A stretch of DNA of 64,000 nucleotides. Origin: Macrostomum hystrix (Eukaryota > Animalia > Platyhelminthes). The translations under genes were made by a program, and so were the position numbers. Below the pieces are notes generated by a model that was not told where the DNA came from, did not search any database, and saw nothing but the letters and a program-made list of their open reading frames with translations. The DNA lies in NCBI GenBank assembly GCA_950097015.1, contig CATNEN010000009.1:124001-188000 (forward strand), in the 5' to 3' direction. Positions within the stretch are counted from its first letter, which is position 1; each line of letters starts with the position of its first letter. Shown here in pieces: positions 46,501 through 58,129 of the stretch.

Positions 46501-47318
46501 GCATGTCGACTGTCACAAGCGCGGATGTCATCGACGCCCTGACAACGTGGTTTAGCCGCTGGGGCCTGCCGAAGAGCATTAAAACAGACGGAGGTCCGCA
46601 GTTCGTGTCCGGCGATTTCGAGGATTTTCTTCAGCGCTGCGGCATCCGGCACCGGCAGTCACCGCACTACCACCCCCAGGGCAACGCGGCCGTAGAGCGC
46701 TTCAACCGTTTTCTCAAGGACGGCCTAAAGACGCACCTAGAGGAGGGCTACGACTTCAAGGACGCGGTGAAGACGCTGCTGTGGTCGTACAGGGCCACCC
46801 CACATGCACTGACTGGAATATCACCGGCGGAGCTCATGACAGGCCGGAAGATCAGCACCCCGTTGACAGCTCTGCAGCCAAGGACAACAGCGCGGCACAG
46901 ACTGGCGGCCAGCATCAAGCGGAGGCAGCAGCGCGTTTTCGATCAGCTCAACACGACCCGGAGGCCGCCGCCCACGTTCATAGTCGGCGACTGGGTGCGC
47001 GTGAAGCGACCGTTCGCCCGCGGCAAGCTGAGCAGCCGCCTGTCCGAGCCACGGCAGATCTCCCGGATTGCGAGCGCGACCACCGTCATCCTCAGCGATG
47101 GCTCCCGCTGGCACGTCGACAACTGTGTCCGGGTACCGCGGCCAGCCGGAGCGCTGCCGCACTGGCCAGCGCCGGCTCCCAGCGCAGCCGGGACAGCCGC
47201 GGAGGCGGCGACGGCGGCAGACCCAGCGAGACAGCAGCAGCCAGCCCAGACAGCGATCCGAGTGAGCTCAAGGCCGCGAGCGCCGCCGCAATGGTACGGT
47301 GAAATCGTGACTCACTGA
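43548..47318 (+). CDS. Gypsy gag-pol polyprotein (single uninterrupted frame, Mag-like)
   Basis: ERHKFRQRSQRPGE (gag); double knuckle CSKCGGGH..C / CHVCGKANHFGRMC; LLVDSGA (protease); RVCNDLR, LDLNSSYLQ, YIDDIVV (RT); ACDSS..LGAVL, REALA, TDHQAL (RNase H); H-H-C-C, LDIFG, TDGGPQF, AVERFN (integrase). The first ~80 codons of the track ORF (43308-43547) are antisense LINE sequence. Confidence 0.95.
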   Translation, partial: YAVAATKRPSPTELAATVAILDEQFGAKVNVVAERHKFRQRSQRPGEKIADFVAALYALAGSCEFRDMMEEMIRDQIVEKVSDRRIRERLLIEDGLTLQKAVTLSQQWETSIAEASAIETEGAAAAGAQLEEEVKRVRLQPDRKNTGQGRPDRESCSKCGGGHNRRARCPAEGKSCHVCGKANHFGRMCRSQGAKVAEVMDESGQAVYMVRGAASPDIRCRLKVHGIWLNLLVDSGAKVSILSERTFRKLGNRSPLQPSTKKLIAYNGKAIDVVGEAVLSVSYRGQLVPFFCFTVVRQGSDIMGTDLMQHLSFQVVDKDGDLVRTVEKTAELPVWLAEPLTQGLGRIRGFEHRPRLNPAVPPVAQSLRRIPLSIKDKVQAEIDQLLEDDIIEEIQASEWISNLVIVPKPDGKIRVCNDLRCPNKAIVPDKQPLPTFEELTTEFKGSTVFTKLDLNSSYLQLELAEDRRDLTAFITEKGLYRYKRVCYGLNSAPAAFQKVLSKILHGCSGTLHYIDDIVVHAANEAEHLRRLTTVLDKLLAHGVTLNASKCQWAAETVQFLGYIVSARGLQPMQSNVEDIEAVPEPQNAEAVASFLGMVKFYSNFLHNLSDIAEPLLLLLRKEQPWNWTTDCQKAFWRLKKMVVSPTCLRFFSPDDKIIVACDSSAHALGAVLMQDDSAGVRRPVAFASRTLSATERKYSASEREALACIFACERWHYFLFGRRFELHTDHQALTTLLTAQGSGHRPLRLHRWADRLLAYDFQVCHVPGKKNIGPDFLSRHGALGAKCPRQSEEDSTELQVNAVLLSGALEIVSPSELAEASLQDPVINDAVTMTLQGWPNSIKQLKPELQPFWRMRTQLALWNDGKCLANGTRAVIPASLREKTLQLAHFGHLGVSKMKQHCRDAVWWPQIDQHIEEFVRHCEACLLSEKNFKPPKTVLTPTKWPTRPWEELQLDIFGELHSAPNSCRFILVLYDLHSKWPEAACMSTVTSADVIDALTTWFSRWGLPKSIKTDGGPQFVSGDFEDFLQRCGIRHRQSPHYHPQGNAAVERFNRFLKDGLKTHLEEGYDFKDAVKTLLWSYRATPHALTGISPAELMTGRKISTPLTALQPRTTARHRLAASIKRRQQRVFDQLNTTRRPPPTFIVGDWVRVKRPFARGKLSSRLSEPRQISRIASATTVILSDGSRWHVDNCVRVPRPAGALPHWPAPAPSAAGTAAEAATAADPARQQQPAQTAIRVSSRPRAPPQWYGEIVTH

Positions 47319-47504
47319 CTCGTTTATTAGTGACGGTTATTCAGCTGTTATTAGCGATCAGCTGTTTCGATTTAATTCTCTTTGAAGTACCTGTTGCATA
47401 AAATGATCATTTTACTCCTTCGATGCTTGGTAATGCACTTTTATTTCCTGCTCAATATTTGCATAATTATTTTCGTTGCTCTATCCTTTGAAAGGGAAGG
47501 TGAA

Positions 47505-47659
47505 TGTTGTGCAGTTGATTAATGCACGTACATAGTTCGTACGTGTACACCTCTGATATCGATTGGCGCAGAATATATATATTCCAAATACTGAGAGCCA
47601 ACTTGGCGTGAAAGTTTCGGATACTAACTTGGCTGACTCGCTACTATTCATTTACAACA
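47505..47659 (+). repeat. Putative short 3' LTR (155 bp)
   Basis: 6-bp terminal inverted repeat TGTTGT/ACAACA directly after the PPT. There is no second copy in the window to confirm it. Confidence 0.6.
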
Positions 47660-48857
47660 CCAGGTACCTCTGGCTTCGGCTCTGGGGGAAAGGTGCCACC
47701 CTTTAACCTCGACAGCATATGCGGCCAGTCCGCAGCATTCGCGGGCTTGGCGTGATCAGGTGCCTCTTGCAACGGCTCTAAGGTAATGGTGCCCCTTCGA
47801 CCTAGTACGCAGCCAGTCTGTGGGCCTGGCACTGCTTTATGTGCTCTCTAATGCCTCAGGGGCTGGAGGGTCCGAGGAGTTTTACCGGCCATTAGCGGCG
47901 TTTGTGAGTATTTAATTTTCTGCGCTCAGCCATGCCTATTATTAATACGCGCATTGTGCAGTTGCGCCCGTGGGTCTGTGAAGTTCTCAGTGTCTCAGTG
48001 TCTCAGTGAGCCATGTACGATGTACAATGTCGTAGTTGTGACTAGCTTTTATTTTTACAATTTCTAACTGCTAACTTTATTGCATCAATACCATGCCTGT
48101 TCTTTTGGAAGTAGATGATGCCTTAATTATCGCAAAAATGTACTAAATTGCTCAAAATCGATTTCTCAGCTCGTTCAGTTCAACACCACATTTTTATCAA
48201 CGAGGACAGCGCTCTTTGGCGGAAGGGAGCAATGCCGTGGATGCTACATTTGAATGTGTACATTTACTGTAATAATTTCCGTCTTGACCTAGCAATGCTA
48301 TTTTATTTTATTCTTTACTAGCTGTACTGTACTTCCTCTAGCTGCATGGCGTGTACTGTACACTTTACTATATTCGAATTTGTTTACTGTATGCTTTTTA
48401 AATACTGTACTGCAGTCGTCGCGGGCCCTTACTTTGTAGAATATATACAGAGCTGCCAGTCAGAATATATATAGACTCCCCTAACTCAATGTTGTTATGC
48501 CCAGTCCGGAGTTGCTTGTGGAGGCTCATTTAGAAGGCTCTTGCATACAGCACAGAGCTTTTTCAGCGCCAAGAGTTCTTCCGCCCATCTATATTGTTGC
48601 TCTTCCGCTCTGCCTAAAGCTGTGAGAATAAAGCAATTGTGCGCTTGATTAATTAAAACTGCGCATGGCTACTTCGCCTACTTATGTCAGCAGTCGTACT
48701 GACGCAGTTTATCTAACTGACAGCTAAGCAAGCACAGTTGCAAACTGAGACTGTGAGGTGAACGGAGGGACTGTATATTAGAAACCTTTATATTGCGGGA
48801 CAGGTTAGGCAGAAAGAAAATTAGGGCTGTATAGAACTGCTAAGAAGAGAAGGCCGA

Positions 48858-49688
48858 ATGCGCACAGAGAAGGACTCGGTACGACAGCTGGTAAAGCGGC
48901 GGCAGGTGAACTGCCTGCACCTGCGTGAGCTACACTCTGCTTGTAATGAACTACAACTTCTGCAATTCCGCCGAGAGGCCACAACCAGCTTTGCTGATCT
49001 ACGCGGCGTTCTCTGTCCGCTCTTTGAAGAAACGCGGCCGCATCGACCACCGGCGCCACCGCCCCAGCTCCCAAAGAAGCGGCGTCTTCGGCCAACACCA
49101 TTCTTGCAGCCGCTGGAATCAGCACAGCTAGCTGCAGCTGCGACTGCCCAACAGCGTCTTCCAGCTCTTAGACGCGTGGCACCAGGCATAGATTTGGCTG
49201 GCTGCGACTGCTTGGGTAACGCTGAGCAAGAACTATTAATCGCAATGCAAACGGCGGAGAGCGAGACGGCACACGCAGCAGCATCCGTCACGCTTCAATC
49301 ACGTTACAACCGCGCGATACAATACAACAAATTACGAACGCCGCCTCGTCAACACGGCGTTGGAGCCAATGGCACCGGTGGCTGTAGTGATGGAGTCTGG
49401 GGATGGCGACCACAACTACCGGACTTTTCTATCGGCATAATGAAGTCTGGTGGACGCGCCGCAGAGGCAGCAGCCAAAGAAGCGAATTCTGCAGCTGCCG
49501 TGGTGGCCGGTGTCGGATTGCGCTTCTCCCCTTGCGGCGAACTTCCGCTAGCAAAGTTGGGGAGATACACTGTCGGTGAAGATCCACAGCAGAGGTGGAG
49601 GCGGCGAACAGCGCGTACAAGTAATCAGCCTGCATGGGACCCTCACCCCGTAACAAGCGGTCTCAGACGGGCCAGGACTCTGATCTGA
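48858..49688 (+). CDS. Hypothetical protein, 276 aa, no recognised domain
   Basis: ATG-initiated, GC-rich ORF island between AT-rich flanks, with Ala-rich composition like the host exons here and a basic PKKRRLR motif. I cannot recognise a homologue. Confidence 0.5.
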   Translation: MRTEKDSVRQLVKRRQVNCLHLRELHSACNELQLLQFRREATTSFADLRGVLCPLFEETRPHRPPAPPPQLPKKRRLRPTPFLQPLESAQLAAAATAQQRLPALRRVAPGIDLAGCDCLGNAEQELLIAMQTAESETAHAAASVTLQSRYNRAIQYNKLRTPPRQHGVGANGTGGCSDGVWGWRPQLPDFSIGIMKSGGRAAEAAAKEANSAAAVVAGVGLRFSPCGELPLAKLGRYTVGEDPQQRWRRRTARTSNQPAWDPHPVTSGLRRARTLI

Positions 49689-51090
49689 GACTCAACTGGA
49701 TATTTTAAAAACTGGGACTTTAATAATCAGAGTTGAAATAATTTGACATAAAAAAATGCAAGTCCTAATTGACCTGAGACTCAGATAACTTATTTTTCAA
49801 TATAAAATCCTGGCATCTTAAAAAACCGACGCAACTAATTAATTCAAAAACGTACACTTTGAATTTCCCACGAAAGTAAGTGTTACCATATAGACATTAA
49901 ACGCCACCCTTAAAGTGACAGTATGCAGCTCTAGTTTTAAAAGGTTGAGCAAGCATTCAAAATGATTTTTGGTAGATATTCACTTTTTTATGAGTTCTAT
50001 GAAGTTCCATTAACCTAATAGTTACTTACTACTATTAAGTAGGACTACACTCATTATTATTTGTTGATTTTGTTGTTATCCATGAAATTTTTAAGGAAAG
50101 GTTCTATAGTCCTGTGGCGGCAGGACTAGTTGCATCTGCAAAAAACCACCCGGACTGTTTAGCCGGGGTTCAGTGCACAAGCCAGCCCGGCGGTTAAGCC
50201 CAGTTAAATGGGCTCACGTCACCTGAATGGCGCACGTCCCCATGCTTTTCACGTGCTTGTTTAAACTGCTAATAAAATAAACTTCCCTGGCACTTTCTCG
50301 CTTTATCTAATTACAGGCCACTAAAATATGCCAAGCTCAACTCTTAGAAAGACATAGGAAAGCTATCGTAGTCCAGTGGTTCGAGCTTTGGACTTTGCAA
50401 TTTCCATGTTTGAGCAAGACACTTGACAATTTTATAGAGCCGCAAGGTTGGATTTTGAGTTGAGTATACATGTATCCGTTGCAAGAGTAACTTGTTGCTA
50501 CTGATGCAGCCTAACAGCAAACTCAACGAGAGGGTCATGGACAAGCCCAAGGCAAAACAGAATTGAGGCCAAGTAAAACAAAATAAATCAAATCCAGCTC
50601 CGAAGGTGCACACAAGGACTACTACTAAAGTACTACTATTAGAGGTCATTGGCCGCACTTGTATCACTTTACAGGGAGAATAGAGAATCGCTTTGGTTTA
50701 ATGACTAGAAAAAATAACTCACTAGATAGATACAGACACAAAGCTAGTTAGCTCTTGCGCACACGCATTCGCAAAGCATACATGAGGGTCAGGCGACCCA
50801 GTGGGCTGAGACCCAAGTCTGAGCACCAGCAAGTCAGCCACAAAACAGTCTGACAGCGTGACAGCATCACAGCGTCTGACAGCGTCACTGCTTCCGTTCC
50901 GTCGGCTGAAGGAGGACAACCGCCTATGGGAGTTAGTCGCCGCGGCTATGAATCCCCAGACAATGGCCCAGCAGCATTTGGCGGCGCCGGTGCATGGTTA
51001 GGCTCAGGTCTGTGACGCCGTCGCGGAATATCAGGTCTTTGGACGGAAATCTTTCGGGCAAATCTGTAGCCCAGAGTTGAGATGTACTGA

Positions 51091-52000
51091 TGTAACAGCG
51101 ACGGTTTGGGGTAATAATCCCTTTTTAGTAGAGTTAATTAATTATCTCATGACTTACCCTGCCTTTTCCCTTCCCGATTACTCACCCTTTTTCCCGTGAC
51201 CTTGAACCTCCTCCGATCGTAAATCATTTTCATTTTTGAGGTTTTTCACCTGTCAAGTTCACCCACAGATACTATAATAACTGTGGTTCATGAGTTATTA
51301 TAGTATCTGTGAGTTCACCCAACTCCCTCCGTTTCCCTAAATTATGACTTTTTCATTTTCCAGCGTTCACCCACTTCCCTCCTTTCAATTGATCTCCGAC
51401 CAGAAATCAACCCCACCTGTCAGCACCTCAGTTAATTTCAGCTGTCCTCATCAGCCAATGCGCACCCACCTCCCTAACGCACACTCCCGCTATGTTTGTT
51501 ATAGTAATAAAGCAAACCTCCTTTTTGCGCTTGTCATCTCCCTGTCTCTACTTTTTAGTCATAAATCATCCCGCATTGTTAAATGTCATCTTTTTAGACA
51601 ACAAATTATCCCATGCACCCACAGCACTCCATTCCCAATCAATCACCGTCCGGTTAGCGAAGCACTTGATCCGGTTGTCTGTCAAGGTCGGGCTGATCAC
51701 GCGATCACGACGAGTGTGCATAACTTTGGCCCTATAAAAAGGAGGTGGCCTTCTTCTACCTCAGCGTTTTGTTCCGTCGTCGAACCTTCGGAAACTTCCA
51801 CCTAGCGTATATCGACCGTCTGAACCGTCTTGTCGCCGAAGGGTCATCTTTGTGTGGTTGCAGAGCCTCCCGCCTATCGGCCTGTGTACCTGAGGCCTAC
51901 GTACTAGGGCAGCGTGTCGTCGCCGCCACCTTTAATGCATTAGGAATGCCCTTCATTGCGCTGGATTATTAGCTTACACTCCCTAATCTCTCCTAGTCTC
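51091..52000 (+). mobile_element. LTR-like repeat (boundaries uncertain)
   Basis: Starts TGTAAC; pyrimidine-rich U3-like tract; CCAAT-like motifs and ccctataaaagg TATA-like box near 51730; no coding capacity. The end and TSD are not resolved. Confidence 0.3.
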
Positions 52001-53583
52001 ATCTTAACTTGTTAGTTTTGTGCTGAAGCCGTGCAATTACTAGAAGTTGGGTAACTTAACTTATTAAATCTAAGAGCAAAAAAATTTAAATCTAAATCTT
52101 TGACTTTTAATTCCTTCGCCATCTCAAAGGCAAAGCGCGAGTAAATCTGCATGTGCGCTGCTGCAGAACCGAAGAATGAGAGAATGAACTGATCAGAATG
52201 AGTTAAATCTAACATCGATAAGAGATAGATGGCTTGATCGCTTTGAGATCCAAGAACCAAATGTATTTTAATATCACTACAGATGTTCTAAATTTAGCCT
52301 CATGTAGTCATGTAACACTAATGTAATTCTAATGTACTCATAGGGTTAGGCACTCTTGCACACAAACTCACATAAGAACACGACCCTTACCTGTACCTGC
52401 ACCGTAATTAGGGCCTGGTGATGAGCAGTAAATATCGAATCCTAGTAAGAACGTAGGCTGTCTCTACACGGAAATTCTCAACCTTGGGTCGGGCCCTCTA
52501 TCTTAGCTGCATCCCTAAGAATCCCCTATGCATAAGTCCTCTCTCTTGCTGAACAGTGTCCCCTATTTTAGGCCATTGGCCTTGGGGTGAGCCAAAAGCT
52601 CTTCTCTTTTAGAGCGGAAGGCCCATTTTGTTAGGGTTGTCCTGTAGGTTGCTGGTGGCAGCCCTGCCTTGCAGGTCCTACCTTCTCACAACCCTTGTCT
52701 TCTCCCCCTTTGTCCCTGGGATCTTGGCCACTCAGTCACACCCAAAGCTACCAATGTCATCAGAGGTGGAGTAGTATGGAGTGATGAGGCCCGTTTCTCC
52801 CCTTTCTATCCCTTGGGAGCCGGTACCGCCTTCAGGAGCGTTAAGCTGAAGAAGGGCGACATTGGTACTCTATCCTCGGAAAATTAAACTAGGAAACCAT
52901 AGTTTAGCTTGTGAAACATCGAGAACTTCCAGACCGAGAATTCCCTATAAGAACAGGTTGTGTACTTAGGGCCGAAACGATAAAAACGAGGTAAATTCTT
53001 TATAAATTGTGGTTACAATAGGTAGAGCATCGCCCGTGGAAATTCCAAAAAGAATGTTTCAGAGAAATTCAGAGAATTTCATGTTTTTATCTATAGAATA
53101 CAAGTCGAACTACTCTTCGCACTTGACAGGGAAGCCACTGAGTCTCCTTCAAAATACATTATTGAGATGTCAAAATCAGAGTCACAGCTGCCCCGAGGCT
53201 TAATCAGCCAACAAGTTGTCTGCAAGTTGATTTGACGCTTCGCGAAATACGAGTATTACGGTGACTATTATTTTTCCGATTTGGATTAAGTTGTTTCCTT
53301 CATATTTTCTAACTTCACATGCTTTAAATACTGGTATTAGGCTCGCGAGTCGCGGCATTTCAAAGAGCAACACAATTGAAAATTAATTCTTTCCGAGAAT
53401 AGAAGTCTCAATACTAAATACTAAATCGGTACCAACTGATAGCGTGTGCTTCACTATAGTTAATAGCTAGTTCACTCTCAGTGGGCATACATTCTACTCG
53501 TAGAATTGAGAAATTATAGAAGTACTAGAACATAGTTTTATTGAGGTTGTTCCCCTTATTTTTTTAATACGAGTAATAGAAAC

Positions 53584-53980
53584 TGTGACGCTGTGGTTCT
53601 TTAAACTTATAAATCTCCGTAATTATAATTATAATTAGAGTTATAATTTTGTATTTAATTAGGCCGCTGGATTGTTGTTATTGTCTTACTATTTTGTTAT
53701 AATTCTCATCTCAAGGTAATATATAAAATTATTTAAACGCATTCGCTTGCGCACAGTTTTTGTCGACGTAAAGTTAGCCCTAGACGGCTTTCTACGTGTC
53801 CAGTCCCACCGTCCATCTCCGATTACGAAAATCTTTTCTGTCCTCTCAGCATATTCCCATTAGCTTACCTAATTGTTACCGTAAATAAAAGTGCTACCGC
53901 TACACACGACACTGACACGGCTACCTGGCTCAACTTGACTCTTAGTTTCAATCAGCTAATCGACCGCCTAAATCGTCAAA
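53584..53980 (+). mobile_element. LTR-like repeat related to 32559-33210
   Basis: Starts TGTGAC and shares the AATAAA(A)GTGCTACCGCTACA block with the 33 kb segment. Confidence 0.35.
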
Positions 53981-54481
53981 AAACTATGATTATCAGGCAA
54001 AATACACAGACCTGACACAAAAACTCACTGAAAATGTGACGCTAAATACGCGCCCTGCCACAAAAGTCGCATGATTGCGCGACGCGATGTCGCATGATAT
54101 TTAATGTCTGTTTTAGCAAAGAATGAATCATTATTGAATAGATAGACAAGCACTGTACAAGGTCGAGCGTCTCGCGCATCTATGCCCTAACTCACTCACC
54201 TTACCAGCTGGTTCTGAGTTTGCGTCATAACTCTAGCAAAATTGATGACAGTATTCGGACTTTCACATCCCAGACCGTGTCAGTACACAAAGTCTTGGCA
54301 CTAATCTTGGTTTGAAAAGGTTGCGTGCGCTGCTGCAAACAAGCTGAGCCACAAAACAGCTGGTAGCTGCAGAAGGGAAGTAAAAAACTGCAAACAAGGC
54401 GATAAAATAGCAAAAAGATGCAATGACAGAAACAAGGATAAGCACGAGTCAGACAGACAAGATTAACAGGGACGGACAAAA

Positions 54482-56486
54482 TCACTGGGTCAGGTCGCCA
54501 GCTTCCCACAGCTCCTGCTCGTAGAGATCCGCCCGCACCTCTCGCCCACCAAAGAACCGACCAGACATGGCGCGGCAGGCGGCTTCCGCACCCGCCGCAT
54601 CCTCGAATTCAACAAACACGCGTACAGCATCCGCCTGTTCCAAGATGACCACCCGCAATACACTGCCAAACTTTTCACACTCTGCAGAAACCTCGGACTC
54701 CAGGTCTTCGTCTAAGTCTTGTGGCGTGACCATGTTGCGCAGTAGCAGCACCCTTGGAGGTGCGGCCCGCATCATCAGCTTCCGCATGACAAGCCGCCTA
54801 GCTTCCTGCCCCCTGATGAAGTCGTTCTCATGTTCAACGCTCTCCGGCTGCTGCCCAAGCATGGCATCATCCTCCATAAGCTGTTGCTGTTGCCTCTCTG
54901 TCATGCCAGCTGCTGCGGCTGCCGCCATGGCCGCTGCTACAGGAGGGGGAGGGACAGCAGATGCAGTGGCCTGCGACACTTGCGGTTGTGGCAGATTTTG
55001 AGGCGGCATTGACACTTGCGGCTGCTGATTCTGCGAAGGCTGCGGCTGCGGGGTAGCTGTAGCAGTCAATTCTGAAGGACCCACCGCCTGCTGAGCCATG
55101 AGTTGCGCAGTGATATTAGCCGCTGCCACTGCGGCCGCGGCAGGCAGAGCTGACAGTGGTGCCGACACGGTCACCGCTGGCGGAGTGATAGCTCTAAAAT
55201 TTTAAAACGGGTGTCTGGGATTAGACTATTGTCGCAAAAATTTTGGTATTTCGACGTTAAATGCGATACGCTCTTTGGGACTTCTCTCTTTGATCTGAGC
55301 ATTTCGTCCAGTTTAAGTGACGCTTAATATAGTCTCGACTGTCCAACCCTTGTCTGTTTAGTCAGAACTCAGCCCCAAACATATCTTGACCTGATCTTGA
55401 TTATTATTCTGACCTGCCAACTCGGAGCAACTGGCCGCCAAGGTCGAAGCCGTGCATGCTGCTGATAGCCTCGATGGCAGACTCCGGGTTGGCGTATTCG
55501 ATAAAGCCAAAGCCGCGGTGAGCCCCAGGCACGGCCAAGTCGGGTTCGAGTCGGCAGCTTACAAGCGAGCCGAAAGCTTCGAACACAGAGCGCAACTCGA
55601 ATTCTGTGAGCTGCGGATGCACATTGGCAACGTAGACCCGACTGTGCAGTGAGCCGTCACGGACCAGCTCGTCAATAACGGGACCCGGGTTTGAGATGTT
55701 TGAAGGCCTGCTAACCTTCAGGTTTCGGCCGCCTGAAACATGAAGCACGGAAACTTTTAGCTAATCAGGGATGTCACATTTAGGAGGCAGTAAATATGTT
55801 TCATTAAAAAGTACACAACTGCTAGCCAACTCACCAATAAGATATCCATTCATTCCATCAATCGCAAGCGTAGCAGCCTCAGCCAATTCGAACTCAACAA
55901 ATGCATAGCCTTTGTGCTTGCGAGTCACATTGTCGAATCCCATGTTGCAGGCCTTCACTGTGCCGTAGGTCTGGAAGGCGGCGGTGAGCATCTCCTCAGT
56001 GACATCTGAGTTGATACTGCCCACGTAGATTCTGCTTAGCAGAAGAAGTGCCTGGGACCGCTTTACTTGCTGCATTTGCTACAAACAGAGTTTAATAAAG
56101 CAAAATAGAAAATATGTTTGCTTGCTTATTAAACAAAAGTAAGTTAGAAAATTATAAAGCCTCACTGCTCGCTGGTGCTTCTCTTGCATTTGTTGCATGA
56201 TGAACTTGACGCTCTGCTCCTTAGCAAATCGCTTGGCTCTCCGGACCATGTCCTCGAACCGGCGTGAACCCAAATCTGGCACGAGCCGCAGAGCTATCAG
56301 CGGCCTTTGATGACCGGCGCCCTCCGTGAGCTGGCCGGACTGCTCATAGGTTGCCATGGAGACAGGCGCCGGACCTGGAGCGCTCTCGAAAAAGATGGTG
56401 TCTGGGCGAGAGTCTGACCAGGCCGAGTTAGAGTTGGAGGGGCTGGACTGGCCAGACAGGCTGTGGCTGCTGGGTCGGCCGAACAT
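54482..56486 (-). CDS. PUF60: Poly(U)-binding splicing factor PUF60 / half-pint, 4 coding exons
   Basis: Exons ~56486-56166 (..AKRFAKEQSVKFIMQQMQEKHQRA), 56078-55835 (RRM1: RIYVGSI..KHKGYAFVEF), 55732-55414 (GRNLKVSRPSN..RRM2: RVYVANVHPQL..HRGFGFIEY..HGFDLGGQLLRVG) and 55193-54482 (RAITPP..UHM: VLLLRNMV..LDEDLESEV..ECEKFG..GRFFGGREV). All splice phases fit. The start Met is uncertain. Confidence 0.93.
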
Positions 56487-57345
56487 CCCAAGCAGCTGTG
56501 GGTTAGTTGTTTGCAATTTGCAGTGAAATGAAAAATAATAGACATGCTGCTTGTGCTGAATTTCCAGCTAAGGACCATTCATCCCAGCATTTTATCTCAA
56601 CTATTTTTAGGACAAATATTTAAAATTTGTGTCATTCCTATATAATATATTATAATCATTGAAATTGGTGTGACTTGACTTTGTTTAGGCAAGTTTTACT
56701 TAAAAAGTATATGAAATTTATTTATATGGGTCAAAGCCCCATTCATCTCGCGATGCTGAAAAGACTGAGTGGCTCAAATAAAAGAATTCCAAGAGTTGCT
56801 TGGTGCGCTGTGAGCATAAATACAAGAACATAGATTTCCTCAATACTTGATCTTCAAGTTAAAAATCTCCAACTCGAGATAATGGTCCCAAAGGGGAATC
56901 AACACATGCAGAAAATCTATCCATTGCATTTGATGAAGCTCAGGTTGAGGTCGTTGCCAGGGGCTGATACTTGATGGAATAAACTTTTGGCTTCTTAAAT
57001 TTTAATCTAATCAACTATTTTGGATTTTTTGAACTTTGCCTGCTGTCTTCCAGTGGGTTTTCAAACCACTGTCCATTGCTGCTTACCTGTACCTTTTATG
57101 GTAGGGTGCAATTTTTTTAACTTTGTGGGTTTCTCAAAATAAACATTTTAAATATATGTAAAATTATAAATATAATCAGTATATTTAAAATTTAAACAAA
57201 TGCAAATTTTATTGCTTCCCAGACTTGTCTAAGACAATATTCAGATTTTTTTGTTTTTTTCTATTAGATTATGCCCTAGTTTACCAATGGAATTATTAGG
57301 TACTATAATGAAGTTTAAGGGAGCTTAGAGAGGTTGAGTCACCAC

Positions 57346-57647
57346 CATACATGCACAACCTCCCAAATCTTAGCTGGCCCTGTGACTTAGTTTTTGCTCT
57401 ATTTATGACTTAGTTTGCTCTCATTTGCAACTTAGTTTGTTTAATTGCTCTATTTACGACTTAGTTTGCTCTTATTTGCTCTCTTTTTCTCTCCCCTTTT
57501 TCCTTTTCTTCACGCCTTCCTTTTTTGTCCCTTGGTCCCCCCTTTGATTTTTTTGCGCTTGGTTGATTGGTTTTTGCGACTTACCTTGCTTGGCACTCAT
57601 TTCACCCAGCCGGTTCGCCTGGGTCGGCCAGGTGTTGCGCATGTATG
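57346..57647. mobile_element. MITE copy 3
   Basis: TIRs catacatgcacaac / gttgcgcatgtatg; 8-bp TSD GTCACCAC. Confidence 0.92.
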
Positions 57648-57705
57648 GTCACCACAGTGGTTAGTTGCTAGTCTAGTAGTTAGGCTAGAGTCAGTTAGGC
57701 TATCA

Positions 57706-57986
57706 CATACATGCGCAACACCCGGCCGACCCAGCCGAACCGGCCAGGTGAAACGAGGGCCAAGCAAGGTAAGTCGCAAAAACCAATTGACCAAGCACAA
57801 AAAAATCAAAGGGGGGGCCAAGTGACAAAAAAGGAAGCTGTGAAGAAAAGGAAAAAGGGGAGAGAAAAAGAGAGCAAATGAGAGGAAACTAAGTTGTAAA
57901 AAGAGCAATCAAACGAACTAAGTCACAAATGAGAGCAAAAACTAAGTTGCACAGCTGGCTAAGATTTGGGAGGTTGCGCATGTATG
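57706..57986. mobile_element. MITE copy 4 (inverted relative to copy 3)
   Basis: Perfect 14-bp TIRs; 8-bp TSD GGCTATCA. Confidence 0.93.
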
Positions 57987-58129
57987 GGCTATCACATCGC
58001 ATCATGCCATTTGCATGAATGTGACACCATATGGTACTAATGTATTTTTCTTTCATTATTTTTTTGCTAAAATACTAAACAGTTTTTTATTGTTTTCACT
58101 AAAGGCAGTACCCTCTCCATGGTACCATT

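Larger units (their letters stand above)
43548..47659 (+). mobile_element. Ty3/Gypsy LTR retrotransposon, 5'-truncated within gag, 3' LTR present
   Basis: Polypurine tract gaaagggaagg at 47490-47500, then TGTTGT(47505)..ACAACA(47659). No 5' LTR or PBS is present; the element abuts the LINE 5' end head-to-head. Confidence 0.9.

Noticed and set aside
44010-47302. Antisense and alternate ORFs up to 276 aa in the Gypsy pol
   Set aside because: They are shadows of GC-rich coding sequence with no independent motifs.
50344-50667. Hydrophobic 107-aa minus ORF as a membrane protein
   Set aside because: There is no splice or codon support; the + strand shows stop-interrupted, possibly transposase-like remnants, too weak to call.
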